NCBI GenBank assembly: GCA_963697285.1
Contig: CAVONI010000012.1
Location: forward strand, 248,616-312,615
Direction: 5' to 3'
Source of the DNA: an uncultured Acidobacteriota bacterium
GTDB taxonomy: Bacteria > Acidobacteriota > Vicinamibacteria > Vicinamibacterales > JAFNAJ01
Length of the DNA stretch: 64,000 nt
A program made the translations under genes and the position numbers. The notes beneath the pieces were generated by a model. It saw only the letters and a program-made list of their open reading frames with translations. It searched no databases and was not told the origin of the DNA. This document shows, piece by piece, positions 42,472-54,318 of the stretch (the first letter of the stretch is position 1; every line of letters starts with the position of its first letter).

Positions 42472-44935
42472 ATCCTGGGATGCAACGTCAGCGTGTGCAC
42501 CGTGGGCCCGGGCAGGAAGGGCGTCGGCTGCCCGGTCACCCACGCTGCGTGCGCGTCGCGGTAGTGCGGCGAGAGCGGATGCCCGCTCTGCCCGGTCGGC
42601 ATGTGGAAGTAGCCCTGCTCCTCGCGACCCGGCGAGACTGCAAAGCGTTCCGACGCCCCGAAGCCCGGCCCCTGCACGCGCGGCATGTGCGAGTCGCCCG
42701 GCAGTTGATCGCCGGGCATGTCGAGGAAACGCGCCAGCATCGGCACCGCAAGGCTCAGGGGATGCCTGATGCGTAACGTGTTCGCCCGGCCCCAGGTGTA
42801 GGTCGCCATCCCGCCGGCCTTCAGGGCGGCGTCGGCGACACGATCTGCGGCGGCCAGCAGCAGGTCGGTCCACGTCGCGAACTCCGGGTTGAGCAGGTGT
42901 TCGGGACGCGCCGAGACCAACGCCCAGAGTGGCCCCTCGCCTCCGCGTCCGGCCGTCGGCGAGTACTCGGCGTCGACTGACCGGATCCGCTCGACAAGGG
43001 GCGCGAACGCCAGTTCGCCGACCTGCGATCTGAACTCACGCACGATGCGGTACGCGGCCGAATCGGTCGACGCGCGACCGCTCCAGGTCGTGTTGACGAC
43101 GCGCCGCAGTTCCGCGCGCGTGTCGGAGAGCTTGCCCATGCCGTCGGCCACCGTCAGCGCCTGGAGCAGCAGATCGCGCCAGGGTGCCAGGAACAACGCC
43201 CTGTCATCCAGGTGCACAGCCAGCATGTCGGCCATCGTCGCCCGATCGACGCGTGCAAGTCCCTGGGCCAACTGGCGGGCTCGCGCGCCCACGTCGTAGC
43301 CGCCGTCGCCGAGCGCCTGCAGCCCCACGCCGTCCACCAGCCGGTTGTTGGCGGTGACGATGCGACCCTCGGCGGGATCGATGACGCGCGGGATATTCGT
43401 CGGCCGACAGCCAGCCGTCCCATCCGCGTGACCCATCAGCCCACGACGTCGGCAGGCGTCCGTCGAAGCCCACGCGACGCGGGATGCGTCCGGCAACCGA
43501 CCACCCGATGCGGCCGTCACGCTGCGCGGCGGTCAGGTTCTGCGCGGGAATGCCAGCCCGCGCGGCGACGTCGTACAGCTGCTCGAGTGTCTCTGCGGTC
43601 TCGGCTTCGGCGAGCGTGAAGTTCAAGCCGCCATCCCGCAGCGGCACCCACGCGAGCGCGCGCGGGTTCCCGGCCGCGTCCTTGCCGACGATCGGGCCCC
43701 AGATCGTCTCGCGCACCTCGAGCGGCACTGCGGCGCTGCCCTTCACGAGGATGGTGTCCGTCGACACCTGCATCGACTGCATCCCCGCCGGTGTGCGGTA
43801 GCGGGTGGCGTCGGCGGGATCGACCTCGACGACAACGAGATCGCTCCAGTCGGCCGTCGTGTTCGTGAAGGACCACGCCACATCGCCGTTGCTGCCGACG
43901 ATGAGCGTCGGCACACCCGGCAGCGTGACGCCGGTCAGGCGACGCGCGCGCGTGTCGGTCCACGCCATCGACGCGCGGTACCAGATGTTGGGGACCGACA
44001 GCCCCAGGTGCATGTCGTTCGCGACGATTGCGCCGCCATCTGCCGTCAGGCGCCCGGCCACCGCCCAGTTGTTGCTGCCGCGTGCATCGTCGTGCGTCGG
44101 GGCCGAGAACCATGCCCGCAGCGCGTCATCGGGATCGCCCGTCGCGGGCCGCGCGCCGCGATGCGCGGCGTGCGGCGTCGACGCGCACGTCGATCACGTT
44201 CGCGCCCGGAATCGCCGGAACCGCGATCCGCGCACCCGTGAGCGGCGACTCCCACTCGCTGGCGCTCGTCGTCATGAAGTCGGCGACCGGCGCAGGCAGC
44301 GCGCTGTAGACCGACGCCAGCCGCGACTCGCGCAGCGCCGTCGGCATCCTGCAACGACAGGTACATCGATGCGACCACCAGGGCCGAGTCCTCGACGGCC
44401 CACGGTCGGGGCACGCTGCGCAGGGCCAGGTATTCCGGCGGCACCGCGCCGAGCGCCGTCAGGCCGGCGTTGACGCCGTCCGCGTAGGCCTCCATCACTG
44501 CGCGCTCCTCTGCTGTCGCAAGGTCCATCGCCCTCGCCGCTCGCGCGCGAAGGTGCAACACGCGCGTGCGTCGATCGACGGCGACGGTCGCCGGGCCGAT
44601 CAACTCCGACAACTCCCCCGCCGCCCGGCGCCGCGCGAGGTCCATCTGGAAGTAGCGGTCCTGCGCGTGGACGAAGCCGAGCCCGCGGGCCACGTCCGCC
44701 CGGTTCGTTGCGGTGATGGTCGGGATGCCGAGCGCGTCACGCGCGATCGAGATCGACCCCGGAGGCTCCGGCCACGGCGTTGGCGCCGTCGAGTTGCGGC
44801 AGGCTTGCCCGCACCTGGAAGTAGTAGTAGCCCGCCGTCGCGCACGCCACCATGACGAGGACGAGAACGATGCCGAGGGTGTAACGCGCGAGCCGCCGGG
44901 CGCGTGAGGCGGGTTGACACTGCTGGAGTCGACAT
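42468..44935 (-). pseudogene. Penicillin acylase family (S45 Ntn hydrolase) with about five apparent frameshifts
   Basis: IARDALGIPTI, GFVHAQDRYFQMDL, GSNNWAV, ANDMHL, PNIWY, IVTANN, GQSGHPLSPHY spread over several frames. Confidence 0.85.
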
Positions 44936-45110
44936 GAGGCAAGCGTCCGATGGAAGGCTGGCGTGGTACCGGCGTCCTGGGCAATAGCGCGCCGGCATAT
45001 TACTCCGGGAGGTATTTCGCCGGGGGCGGCCGCGCCCCTTGCACCGGGTGGGGGTTTGGCACGAGGATGGACGATGCGCGTCGGACGTGTCACGCGCGTC
45101 AAGGAGCCTC

Positions 45111-47157
45111 ATGTCTCGCCTCATTCGCACCTGCCTGCTCTGTGCAGCCACTGCCCTCATGTCTGATATCGCCTTCGCGCAACCCCACCCGTTCACCGTC
45201 CGCGACCTGATCGCGTTCGATCGCCTGTCGGAGCCTGCCGTCTCACCCGATGGCCGGGCCGTTGTCTTCACGGTCAGCACGCTCGACCTCGAGGCCAACC
45301 GCCGGCGCACCGACCTGTGGTGGATGCGCATCGACGGCACGGGCCTCAAGAAGCTCACGACCAGCCCCGCCGGCGACACCAGCGCAGTCTGGCAGCGCGA
45401 CGGCGCGCGCGTGTTCTTCCTGTCGTCACGCTCCGGGTCGTCGCAGGTATGGGCCGTCGACCCCGCCTCCGGGGCCGAGACGCAGATCACGCAGTTGCCG
45501 CTGGACGTGGGGGCCTACGTCGTGTCGCCGACCGGCTCGCACCTCGCGGTGAGCCTCGAGGTCTTCGCCGACTGCCCGACGCTCGAGTGCACGACGCAGC
45601 GCATCGAGGCGCAGGGCAAGGCCAAGGCGACCGGCCAGATCTACGACAGGCTGTTCATCCGGCACTGGGACACGTGGAACGACGGCCGCCGCGCCCACAT
45701 CTTCGTCGTGCCGGTTGCCGGTGGGATGCCGGTCGACGTGATGAAGGGCATGGACGCCGACTCGCCGTCGAAGCCCTTCGGCGGCAGCGACGAATTCGCC
45801 TTCACGCCCGACGGACGGTCAGTTGTCTTCACCGCCCGCGATGCGGGCCGCAGCGAGGCGTGGTCGACGAACTTCGATCTCTACGTCGCGCCCATCGACG
45901 CCAGTGCCGCCCCGCGCAACCTCACGACGGCCAACGCCGCCTGGGACACGAGCCCGGTCTTCTCGCCCGACGGCAAGCTGATGGCCTATCGCGCGATGTC
46001 GCGGGCCGGGTTCGAGGCCGATCGCTTCCGCATCATGGTGCAGCCGTGGCCACAGGGCGCAGCACGCGTCGTGGCCGACAACTGGGACCGCTCGCCGAAC
46101 GAACTCGTGTGGTCGGCCGACAGCACGACCCTGTACGCAACAGCCCCCAACGTGGGACACGTGTCGCTGTTCGCGATCGACGTCGCGACGGGCAGCGTGA
46201 AGACCGTCCTGAACGACGGCCATGCCGTGTGCGCCCCAGGTTGCCGGACAGCAGCTGCTCTTCCTCCTCGACCACCTGAAGTCGCCTGCCGAAGTCCACG
46301 TCGTCGGCAAGGACGGCAGCGGGCTCAAGGCCCTGACCTCGATCAATGCCTCGAAGGTGGCGACGGTCAAGATGGGCGACGGCGAGCAGTTCTCGTTCAC
46401 CGGGGCCGACAACGCGAAGGTCTACGGCTGGGTGGTGAAACCCATCGACTTCACGGCGGGGCGCAAGTACCCGGTGGCCTTCCTGATTCACGGGGGCCCG
46501 CAGGGGTCGTTCTCGAACAACTTCCACTACCGGTGGAACCCGCAGACATACGCCGCCGCCGGATACGCCGTCGTGATGATCGACTTCCACGGATCGGTCG
46601 GGTACGGCCAGGCGTTTACCGACGCGATCAGGAACGACTGGGGCGGCAAGCCGTACGAGGACCTGATGAAGGGCCTGGATGCGGCGCTCGCCAACAACCC
46701 GTGGATGGACGGGACGAAGGTCGCAGCGCTCGGGGCCTCGTACGGCGGCTACATGATCAACTGGCTTGCCGGCCAGGCCCCCGATCGCTTCACGTGCTTC
46801 GTGAACCACGACGGGAACCTCGACGAACGGTTCGCCTACTTCGCAACCGAGGAACTCTGGTTCCCCGAGTGGGAGCATGGCGGCACGCCGTGGGACAACC
46901 CGGCCGGATATGCCAAGCACAACCCCATCGACCATGTCGCGAAATGGAAGACGCCGATGCTCGTGGTGCACAGCGCGCGCGACTTCCGCGTCGTGTACAC
47001 GGAGGGCATCGCGACGTTCACCCTGTTGCAGCGTCGCGGCATCCCGAGCAAGTTCCTGTTCTTCCCCGACGAGAACCACTGGGTGCTGAAGCCGCAGAAC
47101 AGCATCCAGTGGCACGACACCGTCCTCGCGTGGCTCGATCAGTGGACGAAGAAGTAG
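45111..47157 (+). CDS. S9 family (prolyl oligopeptidase/acylaminoacyl) peptidase with beta-propeller; apparent frameshift near 46225
   Basis: Signal peptide, SPDG repeats, IHGGPQG, GASYGG, FPDENHW; AAGGAG RBS. Confidence 0.9.
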
Positions 47158-47165
47158 GGATCAGC

Positions 47166-50100
47166 ATGCCTGCCCGCACTGCGCTCGCGGTCGTCGTGGC
47201 CGTTGCCGTATCGCTGGGGTACCCCACCCTGGCGATCTCGCAGCATCCCGCGCACGCCCTGACGGTCACCCTCGCACCACCCGCCCATCGCGTGACCGTG
47301 ACCGACACGGTCACCTTCTCGCCGGGCACGCGTGTGCCGGGCGAATTCCTGCTCAACGCTGCACTGCGCATCACCGCGTCGACGCCGCAGGCGACTGAAG
47401 TGCCGCTGGGCGACACGAGCCCCTTCTTCGGCAACAACGGTGGCAGCGGCGGACTCGACGCGACGCGCGTCAAGCGATACCGCTTCGCATCGCCGCCCGC
47501 GGGCCGCGTGACGCTGTCGTACGAAGGCGAGGTCAACACGCCGCTCAGCGCACAGGAGGAAGAGTACGCGCGCGGCTTCCGCGACACGCCGGGGCTCGTC
47601 GGGCCCGAGGGCGTCTACCTGGCCGGCGCCACGTTCTGGTATCCGCACTTCGACGCCGCCCTCGTCACGTTCACGATCGAGGCGCACGCGCCGGCAGACT
47701 GGCACGTCATCAGCCAGGGCGCGGGCACATCGCGCGGAGCGGACGGCGTCGTCCGCTGGTCGTCGCCGGAACCGATGGACGAGATCTACCTCGTCGGCGG
47801 CCCGCTGAAGGTCTGGCGCGAGCCGGCAGGCTCGGTCGAGGCGCTGGTGTACCTGCGGGAGCAGGACGAGGCGCTCGCGCGCAAGTACCTGGATGCGACC
47901 GCGCAATACCTGTCGATGTACCGGGGACTCCTCGGGCCGTATCCCTACACGAAGTTCGCGCTCGTCGAGAACTTCTGGGAGACCGGCTACGGCATGCCGT
48001 CGTTCACGTTGCTCGGGCCGAGCGTCATTCGCTTCCCGTTCATCCTCACCAGCTCGTATCCCCACGAGATCCTGCACAACTGGTGGGGCAACGGCGTCTT
48101 CGTCGACTACGGGTCGGGCAACTGGAGCGAGGGCCTCACCGCGTATCTCGCCGACCACCTGATCCAGGAACAGCGCGGGACGGGCGCAACGTACCGGCGC
48201 AACACGGTCCAGAAGTACCGCGACTACGTGACCGGCGGACGCGACTTCCCGCTCACCGAGTTCCGCAGCCGCCACAGCGCGGCCACCGAGGCCGTCGGCT
48301 ACGGCAAGATGCTGATGGGCGCACACATGCTGCGCCTCAAGATCGGCGACGAGAAGTTCACGCGGTTCGTGCAGCGGTTCTACCGCGAGCAACGCGGCAA
48401 GGTCGCCTCGTTCGCCGACTTCCGCGCGACCGCGGAGGCCGTCGCCGGCGAGTCGCTCGCCACGTTCTTCCGCGACTGGATTGAGCGCCCGGGCGCGCCG
48501 GCGTTCTCGGTCGAAGGCGCCGCGGTGGCGCGCAGCGGCCAGGGATGGGTCGTGACGGGTGAACTGGTGCAACACCAGCCGGGCGACGCCGTTCGCCTTC
48601 GACGTGCCGCTGGTCGTCCAGTCGGACGACGGCAAGACGACGCGCGCCGTCGTCACGGCCGCCGACGCGCGCACCCGTTTCACCATCGCGACGAGCACCA
48701 CGCCGGTGCTGCTGCAGGTCGATCCGGAGTTCGACGTGTTCCGCCGGCTCGATCATCGCGAGACGCCGCCCGCCCTGTCGATGATCTTCGGCGATCCGGC
48801 GATCACGGCGGTGCTCCCGGCCGATGCCCCCGACGAGGCGGCGCGCTACCGGGCCATGCTCGACGGGTGGAAGTCGCCGAACCAGACGATCACGATCGTC
48901 CGCGACAACGAGATCGCCGACCTGCCGGCCGACCGGTCTGTGTGGCTGCTCGGCCGGAGCAATCGCTTCGCGGCCACGGCACTGCGGCACGAAACACGCT
49001 TTGTCGCAACGCCGACGACGTGGACGTTCTCGGGCGAGGCGCTGACACTCGGCGGTCACAGCGGCGTGGTGGTGGTGCGGCATCCGCGGGATCCGTCGAA
49101 GGCGGTCGGCTGGATCGTCTCCGAGCCGGCGGCGGCCGTGCCGGGCCTTGGGCGCAAGCTTCCGCACTACGGACGCTACTCCTACCTCGGCTTCGAGGGC
49201 GACGAACCGGTCAACACCATCAAGGGCGAGTGGGTGCCCGACGATTCGCCGATGCGGGTCGACCTGCGCGCACCCGGCGAACGCACGACGCCGCTGGTGG
49301 CAACGACACTGCCCGCGCGCAAGGCACTGGTTGACCTCCCGCCGGTCTTCTCGTCGAAGGCGCTGGGTGACCACGTGGCGTGGCTGGCGGCCGCCGAGCG
49401 CGAGGGACGCGGCATCGGCTCGGCGGGGCTCGACGCGTCGGCCACGTACATCGCTGAGCAGTTCAAGACCATCGGCCTGACTCCGGGCGGCACCGACGGC
49501 TTCTTCCAGCCGTTCACGATCGCCAGGGGGCCGGGCGGCGCGCCTGCCCAGGCAAAGAACATCGTCGGCATCGTCAAGGGCACGAAGACCGAGTGGGCGC
49601 AGCAGCCGGTGATCGTCTCGGCCCACTACGATCACCTGGGCCGTGGCTGGCCCGAGGCACGGGCGGGCGAGGCAGGCCAGGTCCATCCCGGCGCCGACGA
49701 CAACGCGAGCGGCGTGGCCGTCCTGCTCGAACTGGCCCGCGCCGTCGCGGGTGGCGAACGTCCACAGCGCCCAATCATCTTCGTCGCGTTCTCGGGCGAA
49801 GAAGCCGGGCTGGCAGGCGCGACCCACTTCGCTGCGCAGTCGACCCCGACGCCCGTCGACAAGGCCATCGGCGTGATCAACATCGACACCGTCGGCAGGT
49901 TGCGCAGCGGGAAGGTGCAGATTCTCGGGGCGGGCACGGCAACCGAGTGGCCGCACATCTTCAGGGGCGGCAGCTTCGTGACGGGCGTCGAGAGCACGTC
50001 GATTGCGGGCAACGCCGAAGCATCGGATCAGTGGGCGTTCATCCAGCGCGGGACCCCGGCCATCCAGGTCTTCACCGGCCCGCACGAGGACTACCATCGC

Positions 50101-50554
50101 CCGTCCGACACCGCCGAGAAGGTCGACGTCGCGGGCATGGTCAAGGTCGCCACGCTCGTGAAGGAAGCCGTGGTCTATCTTGCGGGGCGCGCGGAGCCCA
50201 TGACGGTGACGATCGCCGGCACACCGTCGGCGTCTGGAGGTGCACAGCGCCCCCGGCGGCGCGCCTGCCGATGGGCGTCCGCAGGGCACGCGCCGCGTCA
50301 CGTTCGGCGCAGTGCCCGACTTCGAGTTCCAGGGCAAGGGCGTGCGCCTGTCGGGAGTGGTCGCCGGCTCGCCGGCCGAGACCGCCGGGATGCAGGCGGG
50401 TGACGTCCTCGTGCGGCTTGACGGGCGCGAGGTCGCGTCGCTGGCCGACTTCTCGGCCGTGCTGCGCACGCTCACTGCGGGACAGTCGGTGAAGGCCACC
50501 TTCACGCGCGAAGGCACCGAGCGTGACGTGATGGTGAGCGTCGTCGAACGCTGA
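47166..50554 (+). CDS. Secreted M1-like + M28 metallopeptidase with C-terminal PDZ; apparent frameshifts near 48580 and 50250
   Basis: HEILHNWWGN...NWSEG; AHYDH, GADDNASG, FSGEE, HEDYH; FGAVPDF...SPAETAGMQAGDV. Confidence 0.85.
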
Positions 50555-50559
50555 CGCCC

Positions 50560-50991
50560 CTACCCGCGCGTCCTCAGGCTGTCCCTGATCTCGGCGAGCA
50601 GTTTCTCGGTCACGGTGGGTTCGGGCGGCGGCGCCGGGGCGGCTTCTTCCTTGTGGCGGGCCGTGTTGATCGCCTTGACGACGAGGAACAGCACGAACGC
50701 GATGATCAGGAAGTTGACAAGGGTGTTGAGGAAGACGCCGTAGTTCAGCGTGACCGCGCCGTCGGCCTTGGCCGCTGCGAGGGTGGCGTAGGATGCCGCC
50801 GACGCACCGGGCTTCAGCACCGCGAACATGTTCGCGAAGTCCACGCCGCCGGTGACGAGCCCGACGGCCGGCATGATCACGTCGGCCACCATCGAGTTGA
50901 CGATGGCGCCGAAGGCCACGCCGATGACCACGCCGATGGCGAGGTCCATGACGCTGCCCTTCATTGCGAATTCCTTGAACTCCTTGAACAT
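50560..50991 (-). CDS. mscL: Large-conductance mechanosensitive channel
   Basis: [37 protein letters not shown]. Confidence 0.97.
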   Translation of the reverse strand: MFKEFKEFAMKGSVMDLAIGVVIGVAFGAIVNSMVADVIMPAVGLVTGGVDFANMFAVLKPGASAASYATLAAAKADGAVTLNYGVFLNTLVNFLIIAFVLFLVVKAINTARHKEEAAPAPPPEPTVTEKLLAEIRDSLRTRG

Positions 50992-51040
50992 GTCAGCTCT
51001 CCTTGCTGGTGGGCGTACCGGGGTGTGACCACGCGAGCAT

Positions 51041-51781
51041 TCAGAACTTGGCGACCAGCGCCACCGCGGTGATCGCGTCGGTCTTCTCGAAGCCGACCGT
51101 CGGCTCGTTGACGTACCGCAGCGTGTGCGACACCTTGAGCGACAGGAGCGTCGTCAACTTCGCGGTCACAGCTGCAATGTTCTCGCCGCGCCAATGGCCC
51201 GCGTCCTCCATCGACAGGGTCGCGCGCGCCTCGTCGCTCACCTCGGCCGAGGACGACAGCTTCAACTTGTAGGCGGCGCCAAATGTCAGCACGCCGCTGC
51301 TCTCGTCGTCGCCGATGACCCGCTGCTCGGCCGCGTAGCCGACGCCTGCATCGAGGCGCAGTACCTGGCGCGCCACGTCCACGGACTGCCACGAGAGGCC
51401 CACTTCGAACGCGTTCCGATTCCGGATGCCTGCCAACGTGTTGCGAAGGTAATCGTACTGACCGTAGATCGACAGGCGCGGGCGCAGCAGCCTCGATCCC
51501 CTGAACAGGGTCGCGAACGAGCGCGCGTTCACGACATCGTCGGTCTCGTTCTGGATGAACGCGGTCTTCGAGCGCAGCGTCCATGAATCGGGCCGGACGA
51601 TGATCTCGCCGCCGAGCCCGATGGTCTGGGTCTGTGCGTTGCCCGTCGTCGAGACGAAGGCGAAGTCGGCCGACCCTTCGTAGAACGGTGGGGGTGGAGG
51701 TGGTGGTGCCGCTGCCGGCTGCGCGAGCGACAACCGGGGCGCGCACACCAGGGCACAGGCAAAGACGAACGCCGCGGTCAT
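51041..51781 (-). CDS. DUF481-like outer membrane beta-barrel protein
   Basis: Signal peptide, [10 protein letters not shown], alternating beta pattern, C-terminal Phe (LVAKF). Confidence 0.8.
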   Translation of the reverse strand: MTAAFVFACALVCAPRLSLAQPAAAPPPPPPPFYEGSADFAFVSTTGNAQTQTIGLGGEIIVRPDSWTLRSKTAFIQNETDDVVNARSFATLFRGSRLLRPRLSIYGQYDYLRNTLAGIRNRNAFEVGLSWQSVDVARQVLRLDAGVGYAAEQRVIGDDESSGVLTFGAAYKLKLSSSAEVSDEARATLSMEDAGHWRGENIAAVTAKLTTLLSLKVSHTLRYVNEPTVGFEKTDAITAVALVAKF

Positions 51782-52077
51782 TACGCGGCGACAAGAGCGC
51801 GTGAACACGAGACTGACCCTTTCCGGTGGACCACAGTTGAAGCCGGAACCTGTGCAACCCTGACCTGTCGTGTCGGTCGCGGCGTTCGATTCCGTACTCG
51901 GCCCCGGACGACCGCCGACCCGTTCCGGCACATTCAGTGTAAGCCATGACACCAACCTGCCGAGGAATGTCACATCGTCTCGCGGACCAGCGCGTTCGCG
52001 AGGGCGAGGAACACGTCAGTGGTAGAGTCGTGGGGACGCCTGCTCGTCGCCGTGCCTGAAAGCCAGGAGAGACAGGG

Positions 52078-52446
52078 ATGAACGTTCGATTCGCGTGTGT
52101 TGTATCGCTTGCGCTCGCCAGCGTCGTTGTCGCCAGCGCGCAGTCGCCGACAGGTGGCCGGCAGCGACCAGGGTCGCCGGGCGTCAGCCAGGGTTCAGGA
52201 CAGCATCCACCAGGCACGATGGGCACGCCGCCCGCCGGCACGATGCCCGGTGGTCAGCGTCCACCGCGCACCGGCATGGGCCAGCCGCCTGCGGGGACGC
52301 CGCCTTCGGGCACGATGCCTGGTGGCCCCGGCCAACGCGTTCCCGGCATGGGCCAGCCGCCCACGGGCACGCCACCCACCGGCACGCCCCCGAGTGGCAA
52401 GCAGCCGAAGCGGCCGCGTCCTCCCGCCGGTGGCGGGCAGGGATAG
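52078..52446 (+). CDS. Small secreted low-complexity Pro/Gly/Thr repeat protein
   Basis: GGAG RBS, signal peptide, repeats of (GMGQ)PPxGTPPxGTMPGG. Confidence 0.65.
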   Translation: MNVRFACVVSLALASVVVASAQSPTGGRQRPGSPGVSQGSGQHPPGTMGTPPAGTMPGGQRPPRTGMGQPPAGTPPSGTMPGGPGQRVPGMGQPPTGTPPTGTPPSGKQPKRPRPPAGGGQG

Positions 52447-52496
52447 CCACCGCTGGCGAAACAGCACTCTCCGAGAGCTCAATCACAGTGCGAGGC

Positions 52497-52586
52497 TGGT
52501 GCCGGGGGCGGGAATCGAACCCGCACGAGGGGGATGCCCTCGGGGGATTTTAAGTCCCCTGCGTCTGCCAGTTTCGCCACCCCGGC
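52497..52586 (-). tRNA. trnL: tRNA-Leu(UAA)
   Basis: GCCGGGG acceptor stem, D-loop TGGCAGAC, anticodon arm GGGGA-CTTAAAA-TCCCC, long variable arm, GGTTCGATTCC, encoded CCA. Confidence 0.97.
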
Positions 52587-52748
52587 GCACCGCGTCCCGA
52601 CGATAACACGGGCGTCGGGTCGGCGAACGACGGCACACGCCTGCGTGGCGGTCACAGCACCGCCACCGGCGAACGTCAGTGACCACCGCGCGTCGTGTCG
52701 CGTCCGACGATGCGCGAGGCCACATCGGGGACGAGGCACCGCGACCGG

Positions 52749-53954
52749 CTACAGCACCGCCGCGAGGAACCGGTCGATCGCGAACGTGCTCAACTGCCCG
52801 CACGGTCCGGTGAAGTTGTAGTCGCACCCGTGCGTCGCCCATCCGGGCGCGAGCAGGTAGTGCGGACGCCCGTGCGCACGCAACCGATCCGCCAGGCGCG
52901 TACTCTGCGCGACCCACACGATCTCGTCACGCTGCCCGTGAATCAGCAACGTCGGTGGCGTGGTCGTCCCCACATACTGGTACGGCGACGCCTCGTCGTA
53001 GCGCGCGCCCGCTTGCGCCGGCGGACCGCCAAGGTACCGCTCGATGGTGCCGATGCCGTCATAGACCCACGCGTTGCCGGGATGCTCCCAGGCAAACCGC
53101 AGGTCGGCCGGCCCGTAGAACGACACGACGCCGCGAATCGCGTCGCCTGCCTGCCGATACCCCAGCAGCAAGGCGAGCTGAGCGCCCGCGGATCGACCGA
53201 TGACCGCGAGACGCTCGGGATCGGCATTCCACTCGCGTGCACGGCCGCGCACCACGGCGAGCGCCGTGGTCAGGTCGTCGAAGGCCGCCGGATACTCGTG
53301 CGCGGGCGCAAGCCGGTACGACGGCGCCACCACCAGGTAGCCACGCTCGGCAAGGTGGAGGTTGAGTGCGGCGAGGTCGTCCCGGTGGCCCGTCCACCAC
53401 CCCCCGCCGTGAATCACCATCACGATGGGGGCGGGACGGCCCCCGGTCTGTTCAGCCGGACGATACAGGTCGAGCGCCAGTGCCTGGCCATCGCGCACCG
53501 CGTAGGTGATGGTCGTGACGGTGACGGTGGACTGCGGCACCCTCGCAGCCCCGAACAGCATCGCGGGATCGATCGGCGTCACCCGCAACCGCACGTCGGG
53601 CCGCAGGTCGGACGCGACGGGACCGAAGGCCGCATTCAGTTCCGACTCGAGCGTCTGCGCCAGCAGCAAGCCCCGCACGACGGGCGACAGGAAGCCCGCC
53701 GCCGCCAGGGCAGCGCACACCAGGGCGAATCGCCGCGACCAGGTGCGGTGCCAGCCTGGCCACAGCCACAGGAGCGCGACCGGCGCGAAATAGTGGCCGT
53801 ACTCCGTGACGACGATGGTGAGCAGCCACAATCGGTACGTGGGCGCCGGCACGAAGGCCAGCAGCGAGACGGCAAGCAGGACGATGGCGGCCGCGAGGTG
53901 CACGCCTCGCCACAACGAGCGCGCCACGTTCACGAGGTCGGTGAGCCGGTCCAT
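52749..53954 (-). CDS. Membrane-anchored alpha/beta hydrolase (HSL-like esterase)
   Basis: HGGGW, GRSAG nucleophile, HGQRD, THGCD; N-terminal TM helices. Confidence 0.88.
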   Translation of the reverse strand: MDRLTDLVNVARSLWRGVHLAAAIVLLAVSLLAFVPAPTYRLWLLTIVVTEYGHYFAPVALLWLWPGWHRTWSRRFALVCAALAAAGFLSPVVRGLLLAQTLESELNAAFGPVASDLRPDVRLRVTPIDPAMLFGAARVPQSTVTVTTITYAVRDGQALALDLYRPAEQTGGRPAPIVMVIHGGGWWTGHRDDLAALNLHLAERGYLVVAPSYRLAPAHEYPAAFDDLTTALAVVRGRAREWNADPERLAVIGRSAGAQLALLLGYRQAGDAIRGVVSFYGPADLRFAWEHPGNAWVYDGIGTIERYLGGPPAQAGARYDEASPYQYVGTTTPPTLLIHGQRDEIVWVAQSTRLADRLRAHGRPHYLLAPGWATHGCDYNFTGPCGQLSTFAIDRFLAAVL

Positions 53955-53967
53955 GCGGCGCCGGCGT

Positions 53968-54318
53968 TCAGTGCACGACCTGCGACGACGTCGCACCCGA
54001 GAGCACGCGAGCGATCATGGCCTCCAGGCGCTCGACCGGAATCTCGAACGGTCCCGCCACCGCCGATGCGCTGTGGATCTCGATCGCGAGGACATTGCCG
54101 GCGGCCGACGGATGGACGATCCACGTGAGGCCTCGCAACGCGACGATGCGACCTGTGCCTCCGCCGGGATCCAGTCGGCGGTCGATGGCGCGCAACACCT
54201 GCATCAGCACGACCTCCACGTCGGGCTCGGTCCACGACGCGACATCCGTCGGGTGTTCGATGGTCTCGGTGAACACTCGCGCGTCGTTGCGCAGCATGAT
54301 CTCGGTCGTGAACGTCAT
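53968..54318 (-). CDS. Hypothetical protein (116 aa)
   Basis: GGAG RBS; overlaps the upstream stop; globular composition. Confidence 0.65.
   Translation of the reverse strand: MTFTTEIMLRNDARVFTETIEHPTDVASWTEPDVEVVLMQVLRAIDRRLDPGGGTGRIVALRGLTWIVHPSAAGNVLAIEIHSASAVAGPFEIPVERLEAMIARVLSGATSSQVVH

Noticed and set aside
45039-49334. 1431-aa ORF apparently fusing the S9 propeller to an M1 peptidase
   Set aside because: Artefact of frameshifts. The S9 catalytic domain is in another frame with its own stop at 47157, and the next gene has its own ATG and signal peptide at 47166
52400-52750. tRNA-Leu as a genomic island insertion site
   Set aside because: No integrase, no visible duplicated tRNA 3' end and no compositional shift in flanking genes
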